Source: Phoronis australis (Eukaryota > Animalia > Phoronida). From it: a stretch of DNA of 64,000 nucleotides. The DNA is taken from NCBI GenBank assembly GCA_002633005.1, contig NMRA01000698.1:62001-126000 (forward strand), in the 5' to 3' direction. Every line of letters starts with the position of its first letter. Position 1 is the stretch's first letter. This document shows positions 12,449 to 27,400 of this stretch, in pieces. The position numbers and the translations under genes were made by a program. The notes under the pieces are model-generated. The model worked only from the letters and a program-made list of their open reading frames with translations. It was not told where the DNA came from and searched no databases.

Positions 12449-15400
12449 ATGAGTCCCAATCCGGACCGGATTCATGTTCTTGACAGTTGTAAAAACAAGG
12501 TGAGTTGGATAACGAGTTATTAATTTAGACAGTATTCAAAACCGCATTTTCTCAGTATTTAACAAAAACAAAAAATTAATTAAGCAAGTTAAGCTCATAA
12601 ACATGCCTCATTATATTTCGTACTTTGACTGAACTTTATTTCCGTTACCAACTAGGGCACATTGAAATGATCGGCAACTCGAGAAATTGCCGCATAGGTT
12701 GTCCAACCCTGCGAATTTAAAAATGGCTTAAGCGCCCCAGACTTGTGTTGCCGGCTCATTCGATAACATTTGAGAATCGGCACTATTTTTAAATGCAGCG
12801 CTTCGGTTAAAAAATTCAACTCAACTAAACAATGGTGAAATTCCGCTTTATTAATCGATCGTTTCTAAGCACCTGTTTTCAAGTTAACCATAACAACGCA
12901 GGTTATCATGCCGGTTTGAGTTACAGGTTTGGTACTTGTAGACTCTTCCTGGTTGTTAGATTTCCTAATCATTAAAAATAGTAGGAAGACGGAACCATCG
13001 GATAAAGAAAGAGACCACAAGCCAATCATTTAACGCTACTCCTATCAATAAAATCCTTTTTGACGTTGTCGAATTCGTAGGAGGTTTGAGATCTAAAATC
13101 ATAATTTGCTTATCTGTCCTTTTCAAGTCGAGACAAGATAACCCTAAGAAATATTACGCGTTAAGAGATGTTATGTTTTAAGTTGCGGTAATAATGCGAA
13201 TGAGGACGGATGACAATTTCCTTGGGAAAACTGAAAGCTTGTTCATCGCAAACAACATTGAACTGGACCTTTTGACCATTGAACGCCGGTTTGTTTGAAC
13301 ACACTTTGAAAAGTTAATAACTTTTCTTCCAGCTAGTTTACAGCTTATCAGCTTAAATAATCACATCCATGTATGTTTTATAGAACGAAATCATTTGAGT
13401 ACACAAATCGTCCGCCAACTTTACTTACAGCGGCTACAAACACACGTTACACTGCGAACACCAATTTTTGATTTAAACTACCCTAATGAAATTGATCTCA
13501 AAATTTGCCCTAGTTAAATTGGAGATGATTTCATGGCTTATAACAAGAACTGGTATTTCGTTATTGTTCGAGATAAGGAGCTATAAGTCGGCCGAACACG
13601 GTCTCGACGAATAACGAAATGAAAATTGTTTGCTAACCCCAAAATTGCGTCTCATCACGAACATATTTTTGGCTGTGGTCTAAGAAAGTTTGCAAGTTCG
13701 CGGGTTAATGGCCGCTTTTGCGATATTTCATTGAAACCCTGGTTGGCAGCGACGTCCCGTGGTACACGATACCACTTCAAGAACTTGACCATCTCAGGTT
13801 GACGGCTAATACAGAAACTGTTAAAAGCTGTCATTTCGCACACAGACTGGGCAATAGTGCCTCCACTTTTCATTAACTTGACACTTTCTCGTAAAGAGAA
13901 TTACCCAAGTCCACAATAGGTTGCGTGATTGATTGATAGATACAAACTGAATACACCCCCAAAGACCGTCAAACTTCCCCCGAATTTCACACCAAAACCT
14001 CACAAAACAGTTCAAATAACTGTTACTTTGTTGTACTATAAGAGACGAAGGAATTGAACAACCTTGGCCTAGTTAAAAAAGTACGTCACTCGGTCAAGGA
14101 AAAAGCTTTAGCGTAGACGAGCAGCAACAAGATGCCTGTATAGATACAATATGAGCGTTGTGGACCATCAACCAATTTCAAAGTTAGAAAACGCAGAATG
14201 TAAATCAACTTTCTAATGAGGAACGGAGCTCCTTGATAAATCTTGTGCCTTGTTTAATAAATTAATTCTGAGCTGACTGCATCAGATTTCTACCTTGGGG
14301 GTTTGTTGACAAGCGATTAGAATGGTGAGAAAAAGAAGCACCGAAATTGACGTAAAAAGTGGGTTGATGTTGCTAGCGATCGGAAAAAAGACGGTCTGAG
14401 GGCTGTTGACTGTATTGTTCTGGTGCCTTGTACAGTGGTGGATTTGAGGGGGGGGGGTCAAGGGGGCCATGGCCCCCCTAAAATTCTACCAGATGCCTTT
14501 GGCAGTTCGGGGGCGAATTGCTGACTGGCACATGCGCGCATCCAGGGGGGCTCGGGGGTGAATAAACAATGCATAGGCCCTGAACAAACACCGTTTACGT
14601 TTTTTTAATCAAAAGGTCCGCAAACCCAAAAATTCGAGATCTCTGCATCCCTACATTTTAGGCTGGGCGCGCACATCTGACGAAATTCTGGTTATTCCTG
14701 TGCCCTGGCCGCCCCCCACCCCAACTCAAAATCCTGGATCCGCCCCTGTTGTAGAATAAGGCGATTGCGGAAAACGACCGTCCTTATGGAAATCGTGGTG
14801 CCTATCCCTATTAGCGGAGGCGGGTCCCTGGTTTGAAAGGACCCTAATTTATGCTGTTTCGGCCCTGACCTCGAGAGGACAATGTTACCCATTGCCTTCG
14901 CATCTGAACATATTCGTACCATGTCACATGAAACAAGATTCGACATGGAGCCCTATGTTCGTGTGGCCCTGGGACCCATGCGCTAAGACGGTACTGAACA
15001 CTGTGTCGCTTTGTTACGGTTCCATCATTTTAGTTAGTTTTGAACGAACGCGTTGGAGATAGAATACAAATAAAAGCTTTGTGGCTGCCATCAATTTTCA
15101 GAAATATTCAATTCATTTAACCCAGCGCACGTTTCAGTACCGAACACAATCACGCAGGTAAAGTATTCATTCCATATCTATATCCAAACATTTACATGGG
15201 AACATCCCCAACAATAACGGGTATTAGCAAACTTGTCTCCCAGGGCTCGGCAAGTTTCCTTTCTGCTAGCTGTGTCACGATCTTATCGAGCCTTTACATA
15301 AATTGAACCAATAATGTGCTAACGTCAATACGTAATGTAAATACCATTCAGCAACATTATCCACCCTGATGATAACGAAGAAGACTTCTATAAAAATAAT

Positions 15401-18400
15401 TTTGTGTTAATCTAATTTTCATCGGTTTCCTTTACATTACCTGAAGAGAAATAATTCCCACAGTCTTTTGGTAGACTTTGTCATTCTTAAGTCTGATACA
15501 GTGTACATCGATTCAAGAAGTTTCTCATAAATACATGCATGCATAAATAGATCTACTTAATTTTTAAACTATAATCGAATGAATCGGTTCTCCTGAAATA
15601 GTTGTCGCTAACTGCGAAGTAATTGTGTAAAATCCGGTCATTGCTAAACCTGTCACGCGAGCGCGTGAAGATTGAGAGGAAGTTAAACAAACGGTAAAGG
15701 GTGTCGAATCAGCGAAACGGGGTTCACCGTAACCATAAAACTGATAAGATGTCTATAACTGATAAGCTCCGTCACTCGTGATCCACAAATGCATAGTGAA
15801 GAGATTGGAATTCAAGAACATTAGGGGAAATAAATCGGTGTACACGACATCGTTGCAGTTATAAAGATGTGGATGAGGGTGCAATCTTCGCAGAACTCGG
15901 ACGTTTTAGTCTTTAAAAAATCGAACTTTTAATTAACTTTATTTTTACACCCGAAGCAGAATTAAACTCACCTTCCATGACAAAACCAACATTTAATTTA
16001 GATCACTTATTGTTATAAGAACGGTTTCACTTTGTTTATTAATCCAATTTGAATTCATTTCATGACTTTGAAGGAGCTGACTATTTGATTAAGTCCAGAC
16101 TCTACAAGTTGACTTGTCACTCATGCGTGTCGCTTTATGCACCAAACACGATCTAAAGGAATTAAGAACTACCGTTTTTTTTTGCAAATGCAGACATCAA
16201 ATTCCGTCGCAGTAAGGAACACGTCGAGATCAACTCTATAGCGGTAAGTGGTCTGAATAAAAAATTGACTCTTGGACGCATCGCGGGTGTACAGACCCTT
16301 CAAAGTAAAGCTGATGGTATTTTATCGTTGTTCTCGAATACCACTTGACTAGAGTCCAGTGACAAGTATGCTTACATTATATAACTAATTTGAAATTGAG
16401 ACCGAATATGGTAATGGTTGGAATTCAGTTCTGTGCCTTTGCTTGGTGCAGGAATTAAGTCCATCTTTGAAGTTGTATAAATGAAAAATGAATCTAGCGA
16501 ATGTCCACGGGAATATTAGTCATTGCTTAGCGTTCTGTAAACTAGCGAGCCCGCCAATAGTATGGTCAAAAATGCAATTAGTCTCTTTGCGAAGTTAAGG
16601 AAACGCACGGTCTGATTGATCTAGTACAGGAAAGTGAATCCGCTACACGTTGTTCTGAGACGTGTGCCAGTATTAGAACCCACTGTGCAAGGACAAACCT
16701 TGAAGTCATTAGTATATCAGCAGTGTTCAACAGTGGGACGAGCTCTTCACTGGTGCACATCATTTTGATTAAACGTAGGAGAATCGGAATATGCGGTGTG
16801 GAATTTCGGGATGTGCCGATACAAAGCATTGGGAGTTCAGTCTTCTGTACAAACCATTTTCATTTCTTCCCAACCTCAAAATACAAGGCGAGGGCAAATT
16901 TGAAGCTGAAGGTGCTGTTGTTTAAGAAACGTGATATTGACACCAAAGTAGCTTGAGGTGGTTGAACTTAGAATTAAAGTTGTTGAATTCTTTTCCGATT
17001 AATAAATTTCATTCATAATAATATAACAAGAATGATGAACTGGGGGATAACATTCTCTATGAAAAAATTAAAAATTATTATAAAAGTTTCTGCAATTGTT
17101 CCTTGAAATGTAGCAGGGAGATGTCCGATTTCCTGTAATTACGGACAATTTGTTACTTAGTTAACCGCAAATATTTTCACAAAGATATTTAAAAATGAAT
17201 TTTCTTTTAAAGATAAATCATGCTGGAGTTGACTTAATGCAAAATTATGCCAGTTTGACAGTTTTTCTCAGCGAGAGAAAACAAAACGACTTATTTTTCA
17301 TCGAAAATATACATGCGCTATTAATTATGATAATTACCGTCTTAAGTATCAGGAAAATTATTTTTTTTGCATTTATCTTATGTTTACAAGTTATCAACAT
17401 TAATGTGAATTGACAAAAACCTTCCTGTTAATCATATGAAATAGTAATGAAGCAGATATTTCTTGTCAAGCCATTTCAAAAAATTTGACCTTGCGAACTT
17501 TGACCTTGATTTGACCTTGACCTTGGCCTCAAATTTCGGGCAACCGACCCCACGAATTTCAGCGTGTGCCAAAGTGCCTGTGTGCCAAATTTGGTGCTTT
17601 AATCCGGGGTGTAAATGTTTTGAGGTTTTTGGCTGCTAAGGGACCGGACTAGTAGAACGTATGATCGGTTTTTCCAAGCAAAAAACTATCTCTGTATTTA
17701 TTTGCAAATTACCACTCCCTGGATGCTTTTACTCTACTCGCACACTAGAAGTGCAAAAATGAAATTGTACAAAACTTTCGTTTTTTGAAAGAAGGCAATC
17801 ATCTCAAAGAATATTATCGACATGTGAAATTTTATTTTTTGGCGTCATTTACTAAAATGACGGGGAGCAGAGTATTAAAACAAAGTATATAACAATTACT
17901 AAGTATGGTTTTGTTATTTGTGAACTGGGGCTACATTTGAAAAAATGGCATGTAATTTCCTAAAAGTTTTAAAGAATTGGTGGACATTGTCTTTAACATG
18001 AATAAGATAAACATAGGAGACCATGCAGTTGTAGTTGGTTTCGATGCCACAATCAATATTAATAACGGTGTCATAGCGGGCATGATTGTGATTTTATACA
18101 TTCATACAAAGGATACGTCATGGAGAGCCATATAAATAGAGCTCTCTTGGTAGTGCTGCCATCTGCATACATACTTTCAACCATAAACTGCTACCCATTA
18201 CGGACCCAAGAAAATGCAAATTATCCCTGAATGTACAGTAGTTCTCGTCCCGATCCACTGGTTCCCGTACTGCATACGCAATTAGGCTCAATAACAACGA
18301 TAAAATAACATAAATATTCACAAACTCAACAGCAATATTATTAATGTTCATATACACAATTACAATTTTAACAATAAATACACGTTTTTATAAGTTCTCG

Positions 18401-21400
18401 CACATCGCAACAGGTTTTCCAAACACTTCGGATTTAAGATGGTGCCAAGGTGAGGCGACGAGTGTTCAATGGGAGTTAAGGTGGCTTCTGATTTATGTGT
18501 TTTGTGAATGAAACGTTAAAGTTTCGTAGACCAAGGAATTAACATTGGTTCCTTGTATAGACCAAAGACGTTCGCAAGAAAAGATTTAATGTGACCACGT
18601 ACTTAGCGTGTAATACATGACGATGTCTCGCGAAGTCTGGAGTGATCATGCGCTTTTGCAAGACTTTGGCGTCTGCAGAATGCAGCCACGCATAGGATGC
18701 CTGATTGCTTGCTGCGCATTGTGACTTTTGCTACTACAACTTATTCACCGTGACGAAAACGTAAGAGATCTCTACCCGCGTTAAGAATTGCATAACGAAT
18801 GACAGCAACGTCAAAATGTTCGTCGAGCAATTTCATCACAAGTTCTCTGACCGTGGGAGCTAATTGTAAGTGGTACGACACATTACGACACAAAATGAAC
18901 TAAAGAACATTTATAGCGGCAAAAGCACATAGCATAACTATTGCAAATACAATATGCATGGGCGTGGAAACGTCTAACAAATGACTCAACACAAGCTTGA
19001 TATGAAAATCTTAGTGAGAAAAATTACGTATTGTTTCGTGACATGGCCCAAGAAAACACATTTTACTTGCAAAAATATTCTTGTTGCTTGGTACAATTCT
19101 AATAGCACATTGAGACATTTTGTGTCAACATAAGTGAGAATTATTTTTTGTCTTTGCTCGTTATTCGGCTGAGAGATTCTTTTTTGGCGGTTTCACGGGA
19201 AGTCACTTTAAAGTACAGGGGAAGGACGACCATTCGCTGTACCAAGTCTTGTTTACTGGCTAAACCAATGGCTGCTGGAAGACATTAATAAAGTATATGT
19301 TAAGTTTCAACACCACACTTACGTGAGAAATTATGCGTATAAAGCAAAGAAGTGTTCTTTAGGAAAGTCGTTTTGACAAAAATACGAAAACGTTGGTATT
19401 ACCAATTGACATCATCCAGTGGCATACGACTGATTTGTGTCTTCTGCTTAGTATTCAAAATAGACTCTAGATGTTGAAAGCAAACTTTCTATCGGAAATG
19501 TAGGGGTCACTAGGACTTGAACCCAGAACCTCATGTCAAAGACATGCCTGCTGCCTTGCATCATGACCCCGGGTGATTGTTCAATAGATAGTTTGCATTT
19601 CAGCAGCTGTTTTGGTAGAGAGCAAATGTGCTCAAACATGAGTATCAAAATTTGGATTTAAAGTTGCTGCGTCCTGCTTGTTTACCGTTTCAGTTTGATG
19701 GTAGAAAAAGTTAATAGGTGGTCTTCGACCACGTCTATTCTGTAGACTGGTTATGTTTTTCATAGAATATTGCTAGAGGAAGAGATGATACCCAACTTTG
19801 GTAATATTTTCTTATTTTTCCAAAGAAACCAGAGTTCAGCAACTTNTCTTTTTGGCGGTTTCACGGGAAGTCACTTTAAAGTACAGGGGAAGGACGACCA
19901 TTCGCTGTACCAAGTCTTGTTTACTGGCTAAACCAATGGCTGCTGGAAGACATTAATAAAGTATATGTTAAGTTTCAACACCACACTTACGTGAGAAATT
20001 ATGCGTATAAAGCAAGGAAGTGTTCTTTAGGAAAGTCGTTTGGACAAAAATACGAAAACGTTGGTATTACCAATTGACATCATCCAGTGGCATACGACTG
20101 ATTTGTGTCTTCTGCTTAGTATTCAAAATAGACTAGATGTTGAAAGCAAACTTTCTATCGGAAATGTAGGGGTCACTAGGACTTGAACCCAGAACCTCAT
20201 GTCAAAGACATGCCTGTTGCCTTGCATCATGACCCCGGGTGATTGTTCAATAGATAGTTTGCATTTCAACAGCTGTTTTGGTAGAGAGCAAACGTGCTCA
20301 ACCACGAATATCAAAATTTGGATTTAAAGTTGCTGCGTCATGCTTGTTTGCCGTTTCAGTTTGATGGTAGAAAAAGTTAATAGGTGGTCTTCGACCACGT
20401 CTATTCTGTAGACTGGTTATGTTTTTCATAGAATATTGCTAGAGGAAGGGATGATACCCAACTTTGGTAATATTTTCTTATTGTTCCAAAGAAACCAGAG
20501 TTCAGCAACTTTAAGTAACTTAACAATCACCCACCTCCTTTTATAACAACCACGTACAATGAAAAGGTCACGATAAAAATCTGTCACACAGTAGTTTACA
20601 GACTTTTAAAGACGGTATTTTGTCTTCGAACGTATTTCCTGATGTTTCCAATGGGAAGAGTTACATTTTTGAAGGCGATCCGGGGTTAAATATCGTCAAA
20701 TTTGATCCAATTTTTAAGTTATTGAAGTGGGAGTTAAACAGGCCCAAGCCAAAATTGCCATTCCTTTCTATTGAAGTCGAATACATAGGCTCAAAATACA
20801 TTTCCATAGTAAGTACATTACATCAAATCGATCTCAAAAGCATACAACTTCCATCAGCGGTGGAGTAAGTGATTATGATTACACAAGTAACGTGTTCCTG
20901 AGGTGACATAAACACGTGCGTAAGAAAAAAGGTGTACTCTCCTGAAATCTTGTCTCGGAATGTGACGCATGGTTACAAAGGTGGCCTCAAACCTGGAGCG
21001 AGAATTACAAAGTTAAAAAACACAAATTACACTTTTCAATGCAAGTCATGAATTTCATAATATATTACATATTCTGCATTTTGGATTATTTGACATTCAT
21101 CTTGCTGGGAAAAGTTTTGATTACATCTTGGCCAGTGACAATTTAAGGTATTGACCTGTTTGAAGTCCTGACGGCCGCCGTCTGTTGTCTTCGCAATTTT
21201 AGAGAGGAATAAGTCAACTAATGTATACACCACACAGTATATATATCATAGCAAGTTAATTGATATATTCGACACACAACATATATGTTGACAAGTCCTT
21301 TAATATGCAGGAATATGTATCCATGATAATTCAATCAATATGCATGACACAAAACATAATATGTGCACACGTTTAAACTAGTATCTTATATTGATACGAA

Positions 21401-24400
21401 TATTAATGAAAAAGTAAACTATAAGTGACAAACAATTAGTCGAACTACATATTCATACATGCTCGCGGCACAATCTCGCGTAACCAGTATTGCCAACTGT
21501 ACGGCATTAGTGTACGTGAAAACGAAACTAAAGTATACTGTATCTCTTCATCTTTTTCATACCTCCAGAATTTTTACAATATCAGTTAAAGTATACCACG
21601 AGCCGTTTAAAATCGGTAGCCAGACGATAGGTGATGCATTGAATCACGACCGCTCGCCTGGTATCAGTTTGATGACCTTGTTGACATAGGCTGTTCGAAT
21701 GACAGCTGCAGGTGCTTTCAAGTTCACTTGCAAAATGTGACGCTTCTCTGTTTCGCAGGTTGAAGGTAACGCCAACCCAGCGTTCGATAACTCTCTGGCT
21801 GACGAGAAGACTTCGGTCACTGCGCCTATTGAGGTAAGATTACTCTCCAGGTCACGGTTGCATAAAAGTTATAGGCTAGATACAGTGTAGCAACCATGAA
21901 ATAGCATTCACTTGTCACATTGCTACAGTGAACAATGCACGTAACATGCAGCAGTCAAAGGCACCCAACGGATAGATTTCCCAGACCTGGGACCCGTTTA
22001 CCAAAAATCTTATGTTTGGTCTTTGGTCTTAGCTACGAAGGGATACCTTTGAAGAATTAGCAATATATCTTTCATCATTTCGCTTTCTTAAAAACCACAG
22101 TGTCGTGTTTGAAGCAAGACCCGACTGATGAATTTTGATAAAACGGTCCCCTCGCCCGATTATTCTTCCTCTCAACCGAGCTTCAGCGCACTGGTTCACA
22201 CGTCGTTCCGTGGATCTGAAGAATTCTTTGCTTTGTGCTGATTTTGTCTGCCTTAACACCAACGGCAAAGTCAGACGTATATACCAATTAAAATCAAATT
22301 CTATTCATCAGTTGGTAGTCAATATGAAGGATCTGCATCCGGCGGAAGAGGTTTATTTAACATGTCGGGAGGTGCGACCTTCACAATAAGTTCTTATAAG
22401 GCAAAAAACGGAGACGTAAACGAGTTCAGCTTAAACATTTTTGTGTGTAGTTGATACTATGTAGCATCAATTCTCGATGTTTTTCAAGTAAAAGGTACTG
22501 GACTTTCATTTACCTCCAGAGGGAAGGAAACGCTATGCAAAATCTTTCCTGTCTCCTCAATTATATAAATATACCAGGTGCAACGCCCGTCCCGGTGTTT
22601 AGTTGTTTATACCTCAAACAGAAAATTAATTTAATGGAGCTAAACCAGACACTTTGTCAAGTTCCTGGAATTGTTCACTTTCTGCGAAAAAACACTCAGA
22701 CATTGGCCATTTTACCGTTAGCGAGAGATGTCATACGCACAAAGAGTTGCGTGATAGCGGTCTCGTCATCCCGCCTGAGACGCACCGCCAGCAGAAACAG
22801 ACATGCAATCTGTAATAATTGTATTTGAAGCAGACACACGCTCAGGTTTTCGTCGATACTAGTAAACGGGTGGCATCTATCCAAAATCAGCTCCCACCTT
22901 ATCATGCAATCACCCCTGAGTGCATGAGATACTTTTTGGATATTGGTTTAGAAGACTCGTATACCCCAAATCTTTGGAATGCATCAACTTTCGCTATCTA
23001 CAAAGTGTCGAAGTCCAAGGTTGAATTAAAGAACACAATCTGCCATCGTTTTTACAAAATAATGAACTTTTGGACTTTAAAATCATTCGACTACTCAACT
23101 AGTGACCTATTAGGCTAAACCGACCAGCGGCACCTTGAGGCTTGCGAATGGGGACGAGACTGCTTGGTTTCTGACGTTATTTCATAGTTGCATTATTGTT
23201 CAGTTTACAGTATAGTGATATACCCGCATAGCCTGATACCTGGTTGAATGTTCTCATACCGGGTTAAACTTTGAGATCGGTGGTTTTTTAATCAGGTGAA
23301 GATTTTCGTTGTCGAAGATGCTGCAAAAGACGCAGAGAAAGAAAAGGAGGAAGAATCAAAAGAAGACGATCCGTGGGCACTGACGGAATTAAAGGACCCA
23401 GGAATTCCCTGGTCAGGTAAATCGAGTTTTAAATAATTTTCATTGGCGTTGATACTTGCGGAACGTTCAGGCTATTAAATTATCATCATGATCATTGTCC
23501 TATTCATCGTCATCGTCACTTAAACCACTATCAAGGGGGAATCAACAATTGCCCGGACTTGAAAATCATCTGACTGGGCTGCAAAATCCAGTGGCCGGTG
23601 TTGTAACTTGGTAGTCAGAAGTTTGTCGAAACGCGATATCCGGTACCTCAAAACCAGATGGCCGCACACATAATATTGGTTGGTCGGACCTAAAACGGGT
23701 TGGCCAGTGCTCAAAATGCCAACTGGTTGTCGCACCGGCCACTGTGTTTTGCGTCCTGTCAACTAGTTTTTTTAGGTGAGGCCGACGTGTTTTGAAGTCT
23801 ACAGTGCCATTTTGTTTTGTAATTCACCCGACTCGTTTTGACTGGTTTTGGGCAAGTGATTTTGAAGTCCGACTAACTGGTGATTTACGCCCCTTGACTA
23901 GTGTGCATAGAAAAAGATAGATGGCATGCATTTTTCAAGGTAGAATTGTTCTATCCATGGTATATTGTAACGAGCTGTAACCACGAAATAACACCAAAAA
24001 CTGACTTAGCATTAATACGCAGGCCACGCACTGGTGACAACAAAATAAGTGTATACGTTAGAAAATATAAAGAGAAACTGATTTTAGTAAATCGTCGCTG
24101 AAAAAGTTGTGTGCTTCAAAGCCCCCTTACGACTTGAGGAGATTTGTTGCATCGCGAATGTAAAGCGAAATTACATTTCTAGAGCTGAGATGCAATATGC
24201 CGAACACGTGATCACCGATTTTTTTCTTGGCTATTGCATTTAGAATTCCTACGGATGTACTGCTAGGGAATAAGACTGTCGAATAATTCACGAAGAATTG
24301 GAATACTTCAATATTTCCACCAAGTAAAAGCGTCTTGATTGATTTGTGAAGTTATGCTTCTTAACTTTGCATCGGCGCCCATCTGCAACATTTTGCCAAT

Positions 24401-27400
24401 GGATTTACAAACCCAGATACTTTCATAAATTTTGAACACGCTCTTAAATTCTCGTTCAATATTCACACAGATCTCTAACCAATATCTGTTTGACTACAAA
24501 TTCTCTGCGTTGCATTATAGAGGCGGCCAAGTTTCAATTTGGCAAAACGTACGACAGAGTCTGATTTCTTTGCAAATTGGCGACCTTTTTAAACGCGATG
24601 GAAATTTCTTTTTGCAGAACTTGATGGCTGTGGCAAAGTAAAGCGGATAATATGGGACTACTTTCTAAAGCTGGTGATTTTCCTCGCACTTCTTTACATG
24701 TTCATCTGCTCACTGGACTTCCTGAGCACGGCATTTAAATTGCTCGGGGGTGAGTGTTTGTGTGGATTGGTTTATTTAACTTGGCATATTGCAAAAGTAC
24801 TCGTTTTCAGATTCTTGTTATATATGACCGTTCTTTATTGTGCTGGCTTTACCAGCCACAAATTTGACAATATTTTTATATTTACAAAACCAACTGCCTG
24901 CAAAGAACTGAAGCGAATAGACCCTATGTGCCAGTGAACTGTGTTCTTGCATTTTCTTGCATTGTCTCCCTACGAAACCCGTGACTCTTTGGTTATATTC
25001 CCAACAATACAAGAGGGAATTTCACAAAATAATGCCGGAATTTGTCTGAACTTAACAACAATTATGATCTTAATAATGTTCAAACAAATTTCATTGTACG
25101 GAATAGAAGCTTTCCGGTGGAATTTTTAAAATAAAAGTCATGAAATAGAGGTACAGTTTTTTACGTCTATTGACAAGATGTTCCATGTTTCTTTGCATGA
25201 GATTATTGAGGATTTAGAAATGGCTCGACGAGTAGACGGTAGAACTACGGATGAGGCGACAGAATGTGGCATGGCTTTGTTTCAAAAGCAGTTCTTTAAT
25301 GCTGACAGAGTGCCCTCTTTCGGCAGGTAAAGCAGTAGGTCAAGTGTTCAGCGAGAGTGATCTCCTAAAAGATCCCGTCACTGGATTGATGATTGGTGTC
25401 CTCGCCACGGTGCTTCTACAGAGCTCATCTACGACAACGGCTATCATAACTACCATGGTTGCTTCAGAAAGTAAGCTTCTCCAAAGCCACGTGTAGAAAC
25501 ATCTTTAAAACAACATCGAGGAGGCTTCTGTAAACTCTTCTCGGGCCTTAGCACAGTTGCGAATCCTAGCACCATGCATCGGCTTTAAGTTCATGATCCT
25601 TCCTTGATCTGAGACATGCTAGATAAGACCGCCTCGGTCCTGTTTCACTTGATGCAACACTTTTTACAACATTTCATCGAGATGTTATTAAAACTTCCAC
25701 TTTTGTTCTAGTCCTTTCAGTCAAACTTGCCATACCCATAGTTATGGGGGCTAACATCGGCACCTCGGTCACGAACACCATCGTCGCCGTGGGTCAAATG
25801 AAAGATAGAAAAGAGTTCCGAAAGGCGTTCGCTGCCGCCACTGTACACGACATGTTCAACTGGTTATGCGTGTTCATCTTTTTACCCCTGGAAGCTGGAA
25901 CACGTAAGTTGTCATGATAGAACGAGGGTGCGTCCCGTAAAGGCTAATAACACACTAACGTTTCATGAAGAGGCCAAATGACCGATATTACAGTGTTTGT
26001 ACAAAGTTTGAATTATGGATAACTAAATTTAATAATTATAGTTCACAAACCAAGTTTTCTCACCGCATCGTCAAGCGAATGACTGGTGTTATGGAACTCA
26101 CACGTGAAACTCTTTCGACCCCCCTATGAAGATTTCATTACAGTTATGATCGGTGTATTTAGCCATAAATAAATCCTCAGTCAACACTGCTTACGTTGAT
26201 TCAAAAAAGTTTTTTCAAACACCTCCCTTCCTCACACTCTCCCTCTCCCTCTCTCGCCCTCTCTCTCTTCCTCCCTCCCTTTTTGCCTTCCTCCCTCCAT
26301 CCTTGCCCCCTCTCTCCCTACCACCCACCTTTTCTTCCTCCCTCTCACCCTCCCTCCCTTCCCAATTGCTCACTTTCTCCTTGCCTTATTTCCTACCACC
26401 TTCCTTCCATCCTTTTCTCCCACCTTTCCTGCCAGCTCCCTCCATCACCCTTTGCTCTTTCGCTGTCTAAACAGAAGGACTGAAATTCTGGTGAGAATTG
26501 ACATAATGTGTTTTTTTCAGATTTCCTGTTTCTACTCACGGATGAAATGAGAAAGAGTCTACCGCTAAATACGAATGACGGCGCAGACGTTGAACTGCTC
26601 AAGTACTTAACGAAACCGTTTACCAGCCTCGTTATCCAGGTACAGTATAGGTTATCAACATTGTCATTTGATCAACAGTAACAAAATGTAAAAAGTGATA
26701 CAAGACATATATTAGAATAGCCAACGCGTGGTATAGCGAGCTTTCTTCACATGAAGACTTGCCGACATGTGCATCATCAGATACGTCATTAACCACCCTC
26801 ACCTACAAGTACAAGGTCTTCGTCTTCAGCCGTTTGCAAGAAAAAACTATAGTCTCACGCCAAGTTTTTCTAGTTTTATATTGAAGATTTAACTCCTTTG
26901 AAGACCTGCAAGACTTGAGATGCTGTCTTAACGGAAGATGCAACGTGTAAAATATTGTGACCCAAAGTTGGTTCTAGTACGAGTTCAACAATATATACAC
27001 GTACCGAAAGTGGCGTAGATGAAGTAATATCCCACGAGACCGTATACACCGAGTTTATCCCACACGCTTCAAATTCTTATGTTTCTTTCATTTTCGGGCA
27101 GTTTTTTTAATACATCACACAGACTGTTCACGATGCGGATCACAACCTATATGTATGTACTCGCGCGTAAGGTTACAATTTTTCTTGAGTAAAAGAAACG
27201 ATTTTATTTGTAATGATTTATTGCTTGAAAAGAGATAAGAAAGATGTAAACGTCGGTGATTATGCACTGAACTTGTAACATTTCCTGGAAATAGTTAAAT
27301 AACAACAATACTTGGTATTGTGCTTATCGAGGAATCGGCGCCTGAGTTGCAGACTATATAATATTTAGCAATTGAAAACTGAGGCAGAAGTGTCATATGT

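Larger units (their letters stand above)
17655..21420 (+). repeat. Diverged partial copy of the large composite repeat unit, within SLC34 intron 1
   Basis: Colinear with ~36110-39400 and ~46690-49600; for example AAAGAAGGCAATCATCTCAA is shared with the first and CCAAAGAAACCAGAGTTCAGCAAC with both. It lacks the ~380-bp segment 37113-37494 and is visibly more diverged than the tandem pair. Confidence 0.9.

Noticed and set aside
26153-26483. Pro/Ser/Leu-rich ORFs
   Set aside because: They are translations of an intronic CT-rich low-complexity tract.
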